Assembly (NCBI RefSeq): GCF_000143415.4
Contig: NW_003314316.1
Span: 322,120-386,119, forward strand
Origin: Selaginella moellendorffii
Lineage: Eukaryota > Plantae > Lycopodiophyta
Reading direction: 5' to 3'
Length of the DNA stretch: 64,000 nucleotides
In this document: piece by piece, positions 38,462 through 50,824 of the stretch
Layout of the letters: each line of letters starts with the position of its first letter
How positions within the stretch are numbered: the first letter of the stretch is position 1
Position numbers and translations under genes: made by a program
The notes under the pieces: generated by a model
Databases searched by the model: none
Told to the model about the DNA's origin: nothing
The model's input: the letters and a program-made list of their open reading frames with translations, nothing else

Positions 38462-39078
38462 TGTGAGACACAAAATCCCTAGGCCCCAAAGTGGAGCCGG
38501 AAGGGCGCCACATGGTAGTGGCCGAAGCGAGAGCCAAACGAGCGTAACACGTTTGGACCAAAAGCTCCGACTTGAAAAGTTAAGAGCGGGAGTGGAACTC
38601 CCAATGAAGTGCTCGAGGAATGAGCACGAAGCGAGCAAAAGGCGAGGCTCCAAAAAGGGACCCAAAAGGACCAACACATGACACGTGGGAGTGTCCGAGA
38701 TGGACTCGAGTTGGAGTCCGAAGTGGAGTCCGAGATGGACCCGAGTTGGAGTCCGAAGTGGAGTCCGAGATGGACCCGAGTTGGAGTCCGAAGTGGAGTC
38801 CGAAGTGGAGTCCGAGGTGGAGTCTGAGATGGAGTCCGAAGTGGAGTCCGAGGTGGACCCGAGATGGACCCGAGTTGGAGTCCGAAGTGGAGTCCAAGAT
38901 GGACCCGAGATGGAGTCCGAGATGGAGTCCGAGGTGGACCCAAGATGGACCCGAAATGGAGTCCGAGATGGAGTCCGAGATGGACCCGAGATGGACCCAA
39001 GATGGAGTCCGAGATGGAGTCCGAGATGGACTTCGAGATGGAGACCGAGATGGAGTCCGAAGTCGAGACCGAGACCGG

Positions 39079-39110
<32 letters not shown>

Positions 39111-40213
39111 TCGGGACCGAGACCGAGACCGAGGCCGAGGCCGAGACCGAGCCCGAGCCCGAGTCCGAGTCCGAGTCCAAATCCGAGTCCGAGTCCGAGT
39201 CCGAGTTCGGAGCCTGAGAGGGTGAAAGCCCAAAGCGTTCGTCTCCCAGACCCTGGGGGGTTTGGTGAGCTCCAAAAGTATAGTAGGGGGAGGACTGCAG
39301 TGGAGCCAGTTTGGCCAGGAAAGGCCAGTTTGGCCCAGGAAGGCCAGACCCAGTGTTGGGTGATGAGCTGCCCACTGGGAAGTCCAAGACTAGAGTGAAC
39401 ACGGACCGACAAGCGGGGTAGCTTAGTGAAGTGTTCAAGAGCCGGCTCTAGTTCCCCCGGGAGATCAACTGGCCGATGCTCCCAATCCAAGTGTGGGTGG
39501 CACTACCTACTTGGATACCTGGTGTGGCTCAACGGAACCTCGCTCTAAGCCCATGGCTAGAGCACCTAAAGACGAAAGGCGGGGAGAGTACCCATGAGGC
39601 TTGCGTAAGGCCACGGTGTTCCGAAATGGTGTCCCAAAGTCCCAGACTGTGGAAAGGAAGAGGGGTAGCCCTCCGGTGTGGTGACCAAGGACACAGTCAC
39701 ACAGTGAGGAAGTCCTAGAGGATAGTGGGACTTAGTGGTCGGGCCGGTGGGCCTCGATCCAGTGGCAGTGTTGGCGAACACAGCCAAGGATAGAAAGGGA
39801 CTTGGTGGGGACCGGAACAGAGATATTGGGGAAGGCTATTCCCCATATCTGTAGGCATCTTAAGGATGTTAAGGAGTGGATCTGGGATGACCACTCATGG
39901 ACGGATGACCCAGTCTTTGAGAGACGGGATTGGAATGTAGGTGGTGTTGGACCACCAGTGTGACCAAGGTAAATGGGCATGGCCTTAGCGTAACAGGCTG
40001 ATATGTCGGTGGTACCTTGGGGTGTTGATCATGGGATCGGACACGTGGAGCACTTGGACCAAGTGCTAAGGTTGAGTGGCATGGATGCCATTCTCGGGGC
40101 TAGCAAGCCCCAAGTCCTGAGTTGGGCTTATGGAGGTTGTGAATGAGACTCCTCCAAGTGGTCGGAGGTGTGGTTAAGTGACTAAAGTAGAATGGAAAAA
40201 TTAGTCGCTTACA
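38462..40213 (+). mobile_element. Solo LTR (1,752 bp), TGTGAG...CTTACA, with 5-bp TSD GGATG
   Basis: GGATG at 38457-38461 and 40214-40218. Removing the insert restores host ...ALSRMVNSIS. Orientation inferred from similarity of its end to 60567-60607, which precedes a PBS. Confidence 0.9.
38690..39210. repeat. CpG-rich 6/12-bp tandem array (GGAGTCCGAGAT / CCGAGA / CCGAGT) within the solo LTR
   Basis: Direct periodicity; produces stop-free low-complexity ORFs in nearly all frames. Confidence 0.95.
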
Positions 40214-42926
40214 GGATGGTAAATTCTATCTCATTCTTGAAATTATCCAGCGATCTTTTGGATGAGCTTAAGGAGTTTATTGACTTCGACTCCTTTATCA
40301 CTGATATTCATGTGAAGGTTTTGTTGAGGGATACCTCTATAAATTTGAAGGGTGACAAGTTTGCGTCATTCGAGATATGAGATAAAATTCTAGTGAAGAA
40401 GGGATATATAGTGGTTCCTCATGTTGACAAATTCATCAAATAATTTTTTGTTGAGTGTCATAATGTGCCAAATGCTAGGCATCCAAGGGTATTGAGAATG
40501 TATATGTTAGTGAAGAAGCATTTTTTTTGGCTTGGGATGAAGTCAGATGTTGAGAAGTATGTACGTGGTTGTTTGACTTGCCAAGTAGTTAAAGTTGATC
40601 ATCAAAAGCTTGTTGTCTTCTATCATCCTCTACATATACTCAAGAATAAATGGGATAGCATCTCAATAGAATTTATCATTGGTTTGCCCAAGAATTTTTT
40701 AGGAAATGATGCTATTTGGGTTGTTGTGAATTGTTTGATGAAGATGACTCACTTCTTCCCAGTGAAGATGATGATAAAAGTTTCTAAACTTGTTCAATTA
40801 TTTGTAGATCGGCTATTCAATCTTTATGGTTTGCCAAGTGACATTTTGATTGGGATCTCAAGTTCATATCCAAGTTTTGGCAAACGGTCTTTAAAAAGTT
40901 AGAGACTAATCTGAGCATGAGTAGTGGTGAGCATCCATAATCAAATGGGCAGATAGGGTGCATGAATTAAATGCTAAAGTCTTTTATGGGAAACTTGACT
41001 AAATAGGGAGTATGGGAGAAGTACTTAGCTTTGCTTCAATTTGCTCATAATAATGCTCATCAATCTAACATGTTTCCTTTTATGGTGATGTATGGCTATG
41101 AGCCTAAGTCTCCCATGAGTTTGAGTTTAGCTTTGATTCGGGTACCTCATGTTTGTGATTTCTTGAAGGATATGCAAAACAAATTTGAGTTAGCAAAGTT
41201 GAACATGAGGCAAACTCAAGATCAAGACAAAAGATTGGCTGATGAGTGTCGTCATCATCAAGAGTACAAAGTTAGTGACAAAGTTTTCCTTAAGCTATCA
41301 AATGCACAATGGTTTTTGAAAAGAGATAGTAGTGCTAAGTTGTTTTCACAGTGTTGTGGGCCTTGAACAATTTTATAGCGCATGGGAGATCTTGCATCAA
41401 CATTTTTTCATTGCCCCAAACTAGAAGTATAAGAAGTTTATCTTTTCCAGGCCATGGATATAGGATATGGAGTGCACTGCAGCAACATCTTGCTTAGAGG
41501 TCCTGTTGGAGCATTAAGGATAAGAAAAAGCTCTATTTCATCATGAAGATCCAGAACTCATGCTTTTGTTTCAACGAATGAGGTGCAATGATAAGGAGAG
41601 CTTTTCTTTCAAAGCCAGTTCAGAGTGTTTGACAACAGCACCTCGCTGTAGATTTCAGTGGAAGTCTGCTCATACTGTAGAGATCGAAAGCCATTCGTAA
41701 CGAAAACAAATATTCACCTTTTGAGTTTCGCCATTGACTTTAAAACTCCCGTCCATGGGAACAACTTTGAAAACATTCCCATTGCCTTTGTAAGCCTCTC
41801 CAAACGTCCCTTCTCCTATCTTCACTATTGTTTTCAGATCACTTAGCACAGATAAAACGAGTTAGTCCGGAAAGAAAATAACCGAAAGTACCCACCAAAA
41901 CTCTGAAAATCCTTGTGAAAGGCTGACAATACTTTCCTGGTCTGACTCGTGTAGCAGGATGTCTATCATCGACATTGTGGGAAGCTCTTGTGGGGAAAAA
42001 TACACAACAACCAAGAAAGACAGGAAAGACTCCCCTAGGGCTTGTATTTCAGCAGTAACTACAAATCACTCATACTGAGTGCGCTGGGCCTGCAGTAACT
42101 CCTCTATGATCACGGCGATGGGATCTTGACGGCCTATAAGAGGTCCCACCATCTTCAAGCAGAGAGAACTCCAGAACCCGAGAGAGAAAACAAGAACTAT
42201 AAAATAACTGAATGGCTGTACCTAATTTCAAACTCCCAAAAACTTAAACACCAACCAATGGCTGAAACTTTCCCAGCTAATAAGTCTTCATCCACAACTC
42301 CGATCGACTTGATTTTACCACCAAAGAATTGCCCTTGATCAGATCTTCAACTTTCTAGAAAACAACTTCTTCAAATTCTCACTTCTGAAATCCGTCATTT
42401 TTTCTCTCTCTAGACGAAATATTCATAGGAAGCTTCTTCAGCGAGCTTCTTCATTTTTCACCTTTTTCTAGCTTAGAAATACGTCAGTACTCACAAAAAC
42501 AACCTCAAGTATGAAAATACAACCGTATATATGGTTGACACCATACCACCCTGATACTCGCGCCGCCCTCGGCACGCTGACTGCCATTAACCACTGACTT
42601 CTTGACTGGTTCAAACCCAACTCTGCTACACTTTCCTCTGACACCGCTCAACTCGACTCCATTTGACTTCTCACACGGCGACACTCCGCCTCTTTCAACT
42701 CTTCTCCTACACTATTGCTGAGCTCGCCTCCACCGACGTCTACAGCCTCCATAAATAAATCCTCCTGGCGCTCCACACCTGAACTCATAAAATCTCCCCC
42801 TTCAGCTGCTCCTCTCAAGGATGTGCAGCTAACTCTACCTGCGTCTTCTACGCTTGTTCTTAAATGAAAACACCAACATACCTCCATTCGATTCTGGAAC
42901 TTCCCATTCAGCTACAACCACAGCTC

Positions 42927-45900
42927 TCAGCTGGCCTCAGCTCTGGTCATCCTCGACTCTGATTCGGATGGCTCCGACACATTGGACTCTGGCTCAGCTC
43001 CGGCTGTTTCATCATTTGAACGTGTATGGTACTTTTTCAATCGGAAACCATTGATCCGCGTTGGCAGCAGGTTTCCACTCAAATCTGCCACCTGCACCGA
43101 GCCATTGTCGTTGACATTCACCACCACGTAAGGGCCCAGCCACCGTATCTTGAGTTTTCCTGGCCGCTTCCAAAACTTGCTGTCATACAGCAACACCAAA
43201 TCCCCTATTGCAAACTTCCGCTCTCGAATATGATCATCATGCCATTTCTTTCTCCGCTTTTGCAATGCCTCTCTAGCTTGAAATGCCAGCAGCCTCGTCT
43301 CATCCAATCGTTCTAGCTCGTTCAACCTCTGCTGTATGGCACCGTCCCAGTCCATAGCATGCTCTACAGCCGTCCTCAAGGCTGGAACTTCAAGCTCCAC
43401 CGGCAATAGTGCTTCCTGCCCATAAACAAACTGAAAAGGTGAGAACCGAGTGGTCACCTTAAAAGCAACTCGATACGCCCAGACTGCATCCAAAAGGCGC
43501 TTATCCCAATCCGTCCGAGAAGCTGAGCAGGTCTTAGTAACAATCCGGCAAAGAGTTCCATTTGTACGCTCCACTTGACCATTGCAACACGGGTAGTAAG
43601 GAGTAGACTTCGAGTGATAAACTCCATAAGTTTCTGTCAGTGCTGCCACTGCCTCGTTCAAGAAGTGTGTACCCCGATCACTCACCAGTTCGAGGGGAAC
43701 TCCAAACCGTGTAATTATCTGCTCATAAAGAAAATCCGCCACCTTCTTACCAGTATCCTCCCGTAGAGCCTTCACCTCAGACCATTTTGTAACGTAATCA
43801 GTGCAGACCAGTACATACTTATAACCTGTCCGTCGAGCTGGAGGAAACGGTCCACAAAAATCAATCCCCCATTTTTCAAACGGCATCACTGGCAATAGTG
43901 GATGAAGAGGTTGGTAGTCACGCTTATCAGGCTTCCCTGCTCGCTGACAAGGGTCACAAGTTTTGACGTAGTACGTAACCTCCTTCCTCAATGTCGGCCA
44001 TCAATATCCAGCTCTGCAAATAATCTCCACCGTCGCTTCTGTTCCAAAGTGGCCTCCATATGCCGAATCATGGCATGCCGCTATCACCTTAGTCGTCTCA
44101 TGTGGTAGCAAACACCGCCTCAGTACGCTATCTCGTCCAATCCGGTATAATACACCACCAACCATCGTATAGAGTCGGCTCTGCAACAGAAGCCGTCGCT
44201 TCTGCCGGTTATTCAACCCTGCCGGATACTCGCCATTGCCAAGGAACTTAACCATCTTGGCATACCAGTCCGGCACTGTTTCAAATTGGAAGATAGGTGC
44301 ATCTGGCAAATCATCCTCTACGCCTACTTCCTCATCACTGTCCTGTGGTGGCAGCCTCGATAAGTGATCTGGCATCTGATGGCTGCTTCCAGGTTTCAAC
44401 ACAATGCGGAACTGAAATTCCTGGAGCAGCAACAGCCAACGTGTGATTCTTCCTGTCTTGCATGGCTTCCCTATTAAATACTTCAGTGCCTGATGATCAA
44501 GGAAAAACACGAACTCCTTGCCAAGTAGATAATGCCGATATTGCTGGATCGCATAGATCATGCCAAGTCCTTCCCTCTCAGTTGCTGAATAGCTCTTCTC
44601 AGCCGTTGAAAGTTGACGGCTGCTGTAACATATTGGATGATCTGCTCGTCCATCTGAGCGTTGACACAGCACCACACCAATGGCCACTGCTGATGCATCC
44701 ACGTGAACGTGAAACTCCAGGTTCCAATCTGGCATCTTCAAAATCGGCGCGTTTACCAGTGCTAGTTTCAAGCGTTGGAAGGCCGCCTCACATACAATTG
44801 TCCACTCATATTTAGCCCCCTTCTTCAGCAGGCTAGTCAAGGGTAGAACTTTCTCAGCAAAGTTCCTCACGAAACGGCGGTGATATCCCACATGCCCAAG
44901 AAATGCCTGCAATTGCTTCACAGTCTCTGGTGACACCAGCTGCATGATCACCTGCGTCTTGGCCGGATCGACAGCTAAACCTTCTCTTGACACTATCCGA
45001 CCCAGCAGCACTCCATGCGTTACCCAGAACTGACACTTGAACGGGTTGAGAGAAATCCCATAGTGCCGACAGCGTTCAAAACACTTCTCGAGAAGGCCTT
45101 CATGCGCCAACTCACTCCCATAGACACTGAAGTCGTCAAGGAATACTTCCATAAACTCTCGCATGTACGGCTGGAAAGCTGCTGTGACAACCCGCTGAAA
45201 GGTAGCAGGTGCATTACACAGGCCGAAGGGCATAACTTTGTAGGCGTAGCAGCCCCACTCAGTCACAAACGTGGTTTTGAGCTGATCCTCTTCTGCTATC
45301 TGCACTTGGTTATAGCCGCTGAATCCGTTGAGGAAGGAATAAAGCTCGTGTCCCGCCACAGCATCAAGTACCGTGTCAGTAAAGGGCAGAGGGAAGCCAT
45401 CCTTCTCAGTCACCTCGTTCAGCTTCCGGTAATCCACACAGACTCGCAGCTGACCATTCTTTTTCGGCACCACCACAATCGGAGACAGCCACTGGCTCAT
45501 TTCCACCTCGTAAATAAACCCAGCTCGCAGCAACTTCTCCAGCTCCTCTCGAACAGTCTTGGAGTAATTCGGGTTCATCCTATACGGCCGCTGCCAAATA
45601 GGCACTGCTCCTGGCTTGAGAATGATCCGGTGCTGAGCCAGCTTCACATCCACACCTCGCATGTCTCTATAAGACCATGCAAACACGTCGAGGTACCTGT
45701 AAAAGAGGCGCCTCAACCTTTCCTTAACTTGGACCGGCAAGTTAGCTCCGACCTTCACCACCTTTTCCTCCTCGGCTGATCCGAGGTTCATCTCTTCGAC
45801 AATTGGCTGAGCTGTGTATCGGCTACTACCTCGTCCTCCAGGCTGGATCGCTGGCTCTTCATCAATCTCTGGAACGGAACCATCTATAACTTCAGAATAA

Positions 45901-47213
45901 AAATGGCGGGGAAACTGCTGCAGTCGTTCCTGCTCCACTACTGGCTCCAAGTCCTCGACCTGAACCATTCGACAGCTCACATCACCACCAAACAACCAAT
46001 GCTTGAGTCGATCACTTGCTGTTCCATCTTCAAAAGGTGACAGCAGCAGGGCATCGTAGCCGGAGCAGGGCTCCACAGCTGCTACCTCCACTGAACTCTC
46101 ATCATTCGACCGACTCTGCTCCGAACACACCTCACTCATACGCTCTCCTGCTTCTGATCCAGTCGTGGTATCACTACTGTCATCGATCCCATCCACTATC
46201 GGCTCACATGCCACTGGAGTCCAGGCCGGCCTCTTCCTCGTCCGAACTTGGATAGTGCGCGACTTGTTTCCATCTCCAATCTTAATAGTCCCCTTCGGCC
46301 AACTCTGATCTGCCCAGGCCTGTAACAACCACGGTCTTCCCAAAAGAATTGGATAATCCAGCTCATGTCCAACCATCCTCAGCACCACGTAATCAACATA
46401 AAAGATAAAACCGGCAATCTCCGTCTTCACCCCAGTAAGTACACCAACCGGTCTCGAGCGAGAATGATTCGCCATGCGGACACGAAAATAAACTGGAGAC
46501 AGCTGCTCCAACCCAAGTTTTGACACCATTTGCTCAGGCATTACGTTGATGGCAGCACCTCCATCAATCACGCACCCCTTCAAGTGCTGACCTGAAATCT
46601 CTACATCTATAATCGGATTCTCTGCTTCGATCATCGGCCATGCTGCATTCACTACCACCTCTCGATGGGCCTTGACTGCTGTGGCCACCACTTTCCTCAG
46701 ACTTGGTGCCAGCTGTAGTAATTGCGCAAATGTGATACTCGGCTTCTGATTCTCTAAGTCCTTGAGCACGTCGTAGGGCTGAGTTTCCAGATTTAGCACT
46801 TGCTTATACCGGCGAGATCTCCGCTGGCCCATCTTCAACGGCTCACCCCCAAAATGTTCCTTGAATACCTCTGCCAGCCGCTGCAGCGTCGAGATGCCCA
46901 CCTTCCTCATAACCTCTTGCGGATCCATTCCACCACTCACCTGGTTCGCATCCGTTTCCTTGCCGTCATTAGGGCACTGAATAGTCCCCGTGATATTCTT
47001 GGCGAGATCTCCGCCATCGGCTATTGGCGCATCCTGAATGCCGCCTCCTTCCAGACCTAAGTCGATCCCCATTTTTTCCTTGTGGTGCTGCTCCTTCCTG
47101 TTTTGGCAAGCTATCATCTCTGGATCCTCCTGAGTATGCGTCCGCTCAATTCTCTGTTCAGCCCTTGTTCTCGGCTCATCTCGGATGTACAACCCGCGGT
47201 CCCTCCGCTGCAA
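42927..47213 (-). pseudogene. Pol (PR-RT-RNase H-integrase) with a nonsense codon at 44001-44003 and a D-to-N change in the first RT catalytic motif
   Basis: IDGGAA protease, RVCVDYR, FLNGFSGYNQ (expected FLDG), FLDD, HVDAS, AGY*WPTL (WW in the paralog at ~59200), WGIDF, SDRG, NGQVE, WLGPY. Confidence 0.92.
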
Positions 47214-48905
47214 CTATGCTCGTGTGTTGACATTCCACACAGGTGTGTCCGCTCTCAACTCTTCAGAATTCACAAAAATGGCTTTAGTATCCACCACCTC
47301 TTTTCCCTTGTCCTGATTTTGACGCTGATTTGGCACTTGCAAGCAGTAGGGGCAATCCTCCTGTCGATGAAGTCCCTGTGTCTGGCATATCCCACAGATT
47401 GGCTGATACTCTTCAGACTTCTGTGCATTCGGACAGTTTGGTGCGATATGTCCAGGTTCCCCACACCGGTAGCACACTATCGGGCCTCGGCCTCGGCCTC
47501 TGCCTCTGCCTCCGAACATTCCCATCCGGCCGCCACCTCGGCCTCCACCGGCAGTCTGCTGCAGCATTGGCCCCGAGTTCTGCACAGCTCCTGGAGCTCC
47601 TACGTTAAAAACCGGGTACGTCTCATACTGCTGGTGCTGAACCTGTTGCTGTGGAAATTGTTGTTGATGGTGAAATTGTGGTTGAACGTAATAGCTTGCG
47701 ACTACAGGTTGCTGCTGGAACTTGGGCGTCACACGAGCTGGATGAAAAAAGCACTTCTCAGGCTTGTGGCCGAACTTCCCACAATACGGACAAGGAGCTT
47801 TTGCTGGTATCAGATTCGGACATTCACTAGGATAGTGGCCATATCCTTGACACTTAATGCACCAGATCTCAGCTCTCTCATGCACCGGCCGAGTTGGAGC
47901 TCCCAAACCTTGAACCAGACTCACTTGGAGTTCTGCCATCTTCTTGGTAAGTGTCTCCACCACATCTTCTTTCACTTTTGTGAGTTGGCTCTCAAATCCG
48001 GTCATGTTTCCTACAGGTAACTGGAGAACTGACGGCTGGACCGGAATCAAAGGTGGAGCTGCTACGGCTCCAAGCACACCAGTCTGGTACTGTGCAATAT
48101 TCGGTGAGAACAAGTTACCATATGTTGCTGGTGGAGCTGCAGCTGCAATATTCCGCGATGACATCCGGGCCTGTTCCCATGTTGCTGCGTGCTCCACTGC
48201 TGCGTTCAAATCTGCCGGTCTTTGCACCTTCACGTGGAACCCGATTTCAAATGGCAACCCATTCAAGAACCAGCGGACTTGGTCGTCAGCGGCAGGCTGT
48301 GGATCTTTCCTCGCGAGCAGCCTCTTGTAGCGAAGAACATAATTTTGCAATGTCTCTCCAGGTAACAATTGAATTGAATTTAGCTCATCACTGATACGCT
48401 GCTTGAATCCCATAGGACGGAAAGCATTGAGAAATGCTGTTTTGAGGTCTGCCCAGGCTGCAAAGGCTGCTGCTGCATTCGCCTGACCATACCATTCTGC
48501 TGCTGCTCCCAGCAATGTTGCCGGAAACAGACGGACTCTCACAGCATCTGCCTGCTCCTGATTTGCTGTGCTGACGTTTTCAAAAGCAGTTACGTGAGCG
48601 TCTGGATCGTCAGTCTGTGTAAACGTTGGATACTTCATCCTCGCATTGGCAGGCTGTGCCATTTGAGGATTTACTGCTTGAGGTGTGGGCGATGTTGGTT
48701 CAAATGGCCCCCACTCCTCCCAATTCAAACTTGAGTCCGAAGTCCTCGGACTAGTTTCAGGGCTGGTTTCAGGCGAATTCTGCAACAGTCTCCTCGCTGC
48801 TCGTTCAGAACGGCCTCGATTCTGCTCTGCCCTTCTAGTAGAAAAATCTAGAAAATTATCCCAGTCCGGGGATCTACCCGCCAGACCGAGAACCAACTGT
48901 GGCAA
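47214..48905 (-). CDS. Gag of the LTR element (retrotransposon gag domain plus four CCHC-type knuckles)
   Basis: DPDAHV..FE, LFPATL.GAA.EWY, then CIKCQGYGHYPSEC, CPYCGKFGHKPEKC, CYRCGEPGHIAPNC, CGICQTQGLHRQEDC. Confidence 0.9.
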   Translation of the reverse strand: MPQLVLGLAGRSPDWDNFLDFSTRRAEQNRGRSERAARRLLQNSPETSPETSPRTSDSSLNWEEWGPFEPTSPTPQAVNPQMAQPANARMKYPTFTQTDDPDAHVTAFENVSTANQEQADAVRVRLFPATLLGAAAEWYGQANAAAAFAAWADLKTAFLNAFRPMGFKQRISDELNSIQLLPGETLQNYVLRYKRLLARKDPQPAADDQVRWFLNGLPFEIGFHVKVQRPADLNAAVEHAATWEQARMSSRNIAAAAPPATYGNLFSPNIAQYQTGVLGAVAAPPLIPVQPSVLQLPVGNMTGFESQLTKVKEDVVETLTKKMAELQVSLVQGLGAPTRPVHERAEIWCIKCQGYGHYPSECPNLIPAKAPCPYCGKFGHKPEKCFFHPARVTPKFQQQPVVASYYVQPQFHHQQQFPQQQVQHQQYETYPVFNVGAPGAVQNSGPMLQQTAGGGRGGGRMGMFGGRGRGRGRGPIVCYRCGEPGHIAPNCPNAQKSEEYQPICGICQTQGLHRQEDCPYCLQVPNQRQNQDKGKEVVDTKAIFVNSEELRADTPVWNVNTRA

Positions 48906-50056
48906 AGATGCTTACTGCAGATGCCCGCAGATGACCGGCCTTTTCCTCAGGCCCGGTTTACTGCGCAGTTACTGCGACTAAGCCCTCCCGGCTAACGCAC
49001 CAAAAAATGTGGGGAAAAATACACAACAACCAAGAAAGACAGGAAAGACTCCCCTAGGGCTTGTATTTCAGCAGTAACTACAAATCACTCATACTGAGTG
49101 CGCTGGGCCTGCAGTAACTCCTCTATGATCACGGCGATGGGATCTTGACGGCCTATAAGAGGTCCCACCATCTTCAAGCAGAGAGAACTCCAGAACCCGA
49201 GAGAGAAAACAAGAACTATAAAATAACTGAATGGCCGTACCTAATTTCAAACTCCCAAAAACTTAAACACCAACCAATGGCTGAAACTTTCCTAGCTAAT
49301 AAGTCTTCATCCACAACTCCGATCGACTTGATTTCACCACCAAAGAATTGCCCTTGATCAGATCTTCAACTTTCTAGAAAACAACTTCTTCAAATTCTCA
49401 CTTCTGAAATCCGTCATTTTTTCTCTCTCTAGACGAAATATTCATAGGAAGCTTCTTCAATGAGCTTCTTCATTTTTCACCTTTTTCTAGCTTAGAAATA
49501 CGTCAGTACTCACAAAAACAACCTCAAGTATGAAAATACGACCATATATATGGTTGACAGCTCTACAACTGGTTTCGAAATGCTTAAGCATTCCAGGTCT
49601 GATATAAGAGTGTCCATGGGCCTTGGTCTCAACACACCACGGACGGGAGGTGTTCTCAAGGCAGCGCTCAAAAGATCCTCTGGACTCACAAAAATCTCCT
49701 CCGGAACAGCTTCCAAATGTCCATCCCTCGCAGGAAGAAAGCACGTACTGCCTTCGAAAATTGATCTCCGAGTAAAAGTTTTGGGAGAAGGACTCTCCTC
49801 CTGGAGCTCGAACGCATCCACTTCGGCAAAATGTGCTTGCTTCTCTCGAACAAAAGTGGCTGGAGGTTTCAAAGGAACCACCCTTCTCTGGGATCCATGA
49901 AAAAACTCAGGAACTCTCAAAACCTGGAAAAACCCAAAGACTTACTTTCATCTGGGCCGAAAAACGTTGCAGCGCACAAGGTATCTTATGGTGCGCAAAA
50001 TCCTTTTGAAAGACCACACTTGTTCGTCTTGAAGAATCCAATCCACGAGTAAAGAT

Positions 50057-50824
50057 CAGTGCTTCAAAACACGCCGTGCACCACGGCGTGTTGGCGTGGT
50101 GACACAAACACGGCCCCCAGCCGTGTTAACACGGGCCGTGTTCATTGACTCGGTCAATGCTCCAAAACACGGCTCCAAACACGGTTGAAACACGGTTGAA
50201 ACACGGTCAAATACCGTGTGACCACGCCGTGTTTTAAAACAATAGCTCACGTGGTTCACGTGAGTGTTTTGCGCTTTGATGTTTTCTTGTCTTGCGATCA
50301 ATCAAAAATTCCTCTCAGATGGATCGTATAACAAAGGGTTCTGTGCAGTGGTGGGAGGACAATGGCTACTCAGGTCCAGATTTGCAGAGGTTGACAATTC
50401 GAGTGCTTAGTTAGGCAAGTTCTTCCTCATCTGTGGAGCGATTATTCAGCATTTTTGGGCACATCACTTCAAAGAAGAGAAATTACTTAGTAGTGAGCCG
50501 GATTGCAGACTTGGTATTTGTGGCCAATAATACCAAGTTGATAGGGAGCCACACTTCCTATGACAAGTTTGTGGGATTGAGCCAGACAGGAAGTATTCCT
50601 CAAATTACTAATGTTGATATTGAAGCTATGGAAGAAGAGGATGAAGATGAAAATGATGATCCTGCTAATGAGGAGCTTCTAGATGAGACGGAGTGATAAG
50701 TAGAATATTCTAGAGAATATTCGTGTTTTCACCCGTGTTTATCCGTGTTCATTTCCATGTTCCATGTTCGTGTTCAAAAAATTGAATGCCATGTTCGTGT
50801 TCGTGTTCGTGTTTTGAAGCTATG
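50057..50824 (+). mobile_element. Non-autonomous hAT DNA transposon (768 bp) with 17-bp TIRs and 8-bp TSD GTAAAGAT
   Basis: TIRs CAGTGCTTCAAAACACG / CGTGTTTTGAAGCTATG. TSD at 50049-50056 and 50825-50832. Subterminal ACACGG/CGTGTT repeats. hAT dimerisation remnant WW...L..L.IRVLS*ASSSSSVERLFS. Confidence 0.93.

Larger units (their letters stand above)
37081..41400 (+). mobile_element. Decayed Ty3/gypsy element (tRNA-Met PBS, gag knuckle, RNase H, integrase; PR/RT deleted), interrupted by a solo LTR
   Basis: TGGTATCAGAGC PBS at 37081-37092 after ...TTTCA. Knuckle remnant FHCHRAKY*GKDCP (~38037-38080). ELYAMI...KEWQYYL...RWQEFLQE (38250-38405). Integrase HHCC/DDE remnants in ORFs 40465-40902 and 41031-41366. 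Confidence 0.85.
41989..49559 (-). mobile_element. Full-length non-chromoviral Ty3/gypsy LTR retrotransposon (7,571 bp); 552-bp LTRs at 41989-42540 and 49008-49559; TSD GCTCT
   Basis: TG...CA LTRs with 7 differences in 552 nt. TSD at 41984-41988 and 49560-49564. PBS TGGTGCGTTAGCCGGGA beside the 5' LTR; purine-rich GGGTGGTATGG beside the 3' LTR. Order gag-PR-RT-RH-INT, no chromodomain seen. Confidence 0.97.

Noticed and set aside
38450-39490. Overlapping 200-350 aa RS/RD/GL/WSPR-repeat ORFs in nearly all frames
   Set aside because: Stop-free tandem repeat inside a solo LTR; not SR-protein genes.
47082-48020. 312-aa plus-strand ORF antisense to gag
   Set aside because: No domain; consistent with an antisense shadow ORF.
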